A DNA stretch of 64,000 bases from a virus (lineage: Duplodnaviria; Heunggongvirae; Uroviricota; Caudoviricetes): IMG/VR virus record IMGVR_UViG_3300047546_003009; one strand, 5' to 3'. Positions 63,110 through 64,000 of the stretch are shown here, piece by piece. The position numbers were made by a program, and so were the translations under genes. A model generated the notes under the pieces. The model was not told where the DNA came from. It searched no databases and was given only the letters and a program-made list of their open reading frames with translations. Numbering within the stretch: the first letter of the stretch is position 1; the number at the start of each line of letters is the position of its first letter.

Positions 63110-64000
63110 TCAATGTAGGTTTGAACTTGGTGTAATGTCGAGCGAAGATTTCTTTTCAATTCTTTCTGTACTTGCTTTCATAAAATCAACCAAACCCTCT
63201 TGACCTAAAACAGTTTCATAACACTTCAACGATGAGCTAAACAACACACTAGCAATACATAGTAGGCTCATCGTATCAGTAACATTCTCAACAATCATTT
63301 CGTTAAGATCATCTTGAAACTGCTCGATGATTTGAGCAGCTTCCGGACTAACAATATCCTTTTTCATTATTTCTTACCAAGCTTTCCAGCATCTGCGGTT
63401 GCAGAAGCACCAATCGATGCAAGGTCAGCAAGACTACCACCAAACACATAAGAACCAACGTGCTGAAGCTTCATCCAAGGACAGAACCAAACCTTAAGAC
63501 CAACCCTATCACAATTATAGCAGAACATATAGTCTTCTGACAAGTAGCGTTTTGATGCGTGCTTCTCGGCTTCAAGCATCTGCTTGACTTCATCTGCAGG
63601 AACTGTTTCACCAGCAGCAACGCGGTTCATAACACTCATAACCTGTTCGTAGGTGTAGCCACGCTCAATAATACAATCAAAGTAAGCCATAATTTCACGC
63701 GAACCGTCAAAAGCAGCAGTACGTACATGGTCCGGACGATACGACTGGTTTGGGTAATGCTTTTGATACACCTCAAAAGTCTTGCGGCGAACCATCATAA
63801 AACCAGTACCGATTTCACGAACCTCAGCAGGCTTTCCAAGTGGAATTTCATTCTGGTTGTTCTTTGGATTAAACACGTAGTCGCCAACAAATCGCTCGAG
63901 CGTGTTAGGATCACTGTCAGCCACACCTTTATCAACGGCCTGCTTAATCTTTTCCCATGAAATACACTTCTTAGGATACGGTCCACCCATAACATCATAT

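Noticed and set aside
63367-63990. Glycosyltransferase or DNA-modification enzyme call for the last ORF at the window edge
   Set aside because: No diagnostic motif is present, and the gene is possibly truncated by the window boundary.
1-64000. CRISPR arrays, integrase or attachment sites, transposases
   Set aside because: No regularly spaced direct repeats with unique spacers were seen, and no recombinase or transposase motifs. The mobile-looking genes are free-standing HNH and NUMOD3 endonucleases only.

Overview
This window is a 64-kb segment of an AT-rich (about 35-40% GC) T4-like myovirus genome, and almost every gene is on the minus strand. The replication module is recognisable by motif and synteny: sliding clamp gp45, clamp loader gp44 and gp62, RegA, DNA polymerase gp43, UvsX, helicase gp41, primase gp61. 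It is interrupted by a SAM methyltransferase and an Hsp20 gene, and flanked by auxiliary metabolic genes of marine or cyanophage type (nrdA, nrdB, thyX, pstS, Dps, rubrerythrin). From about 45.1 to 51.8 kb there is an array of about 31 tRNA genes, all minus strand with encoded CCA and covering all 20 amino acids. HNH endonucleases, a TerC-like membrane protein, a metallophosphoesterase and a split rubrerythrin are interspersed among them. The first of the three most unusual observations is at least two roughly 115-nt circularly permuted tRNA-like RNAs inside the tRNA array. Each has a T-arm, a tetraloop-capped acceptor-like hairpin and a D-arm, all enclosed by a terminal stem. They lie next to a gene for a vWA (MIDAS) protein whose N-terminal domain looks like Ro60/TROVE, so this may be a phage Ro/Y-RNA (YrlA-like) module. 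The second is four consecutive enzyme genes (HAD phosphatase, HxGH nucleotidyltransferase, KxDG nucleotidyltransferase or ligase-like, and an unknown) whose products share an N-terminal M-K/I-R/K-F-x-x-F-I/L-x-E-A motif. That motif resembles the T4 capsid-targeting sequence and its prohead-protease cleavage site, so these may be a set of packaged, injected nucleic-acid repair enzymes. The third is several atypical tRNAs (a class II body with a UAU anticodon, class I bodies with Leu anticodons) and a hammerhead-like core motif in a promoter-driven intergenic transcript. All calls are by eye from motifs, with no database searches, so coordinates of RNA genes and start codons are approximate.
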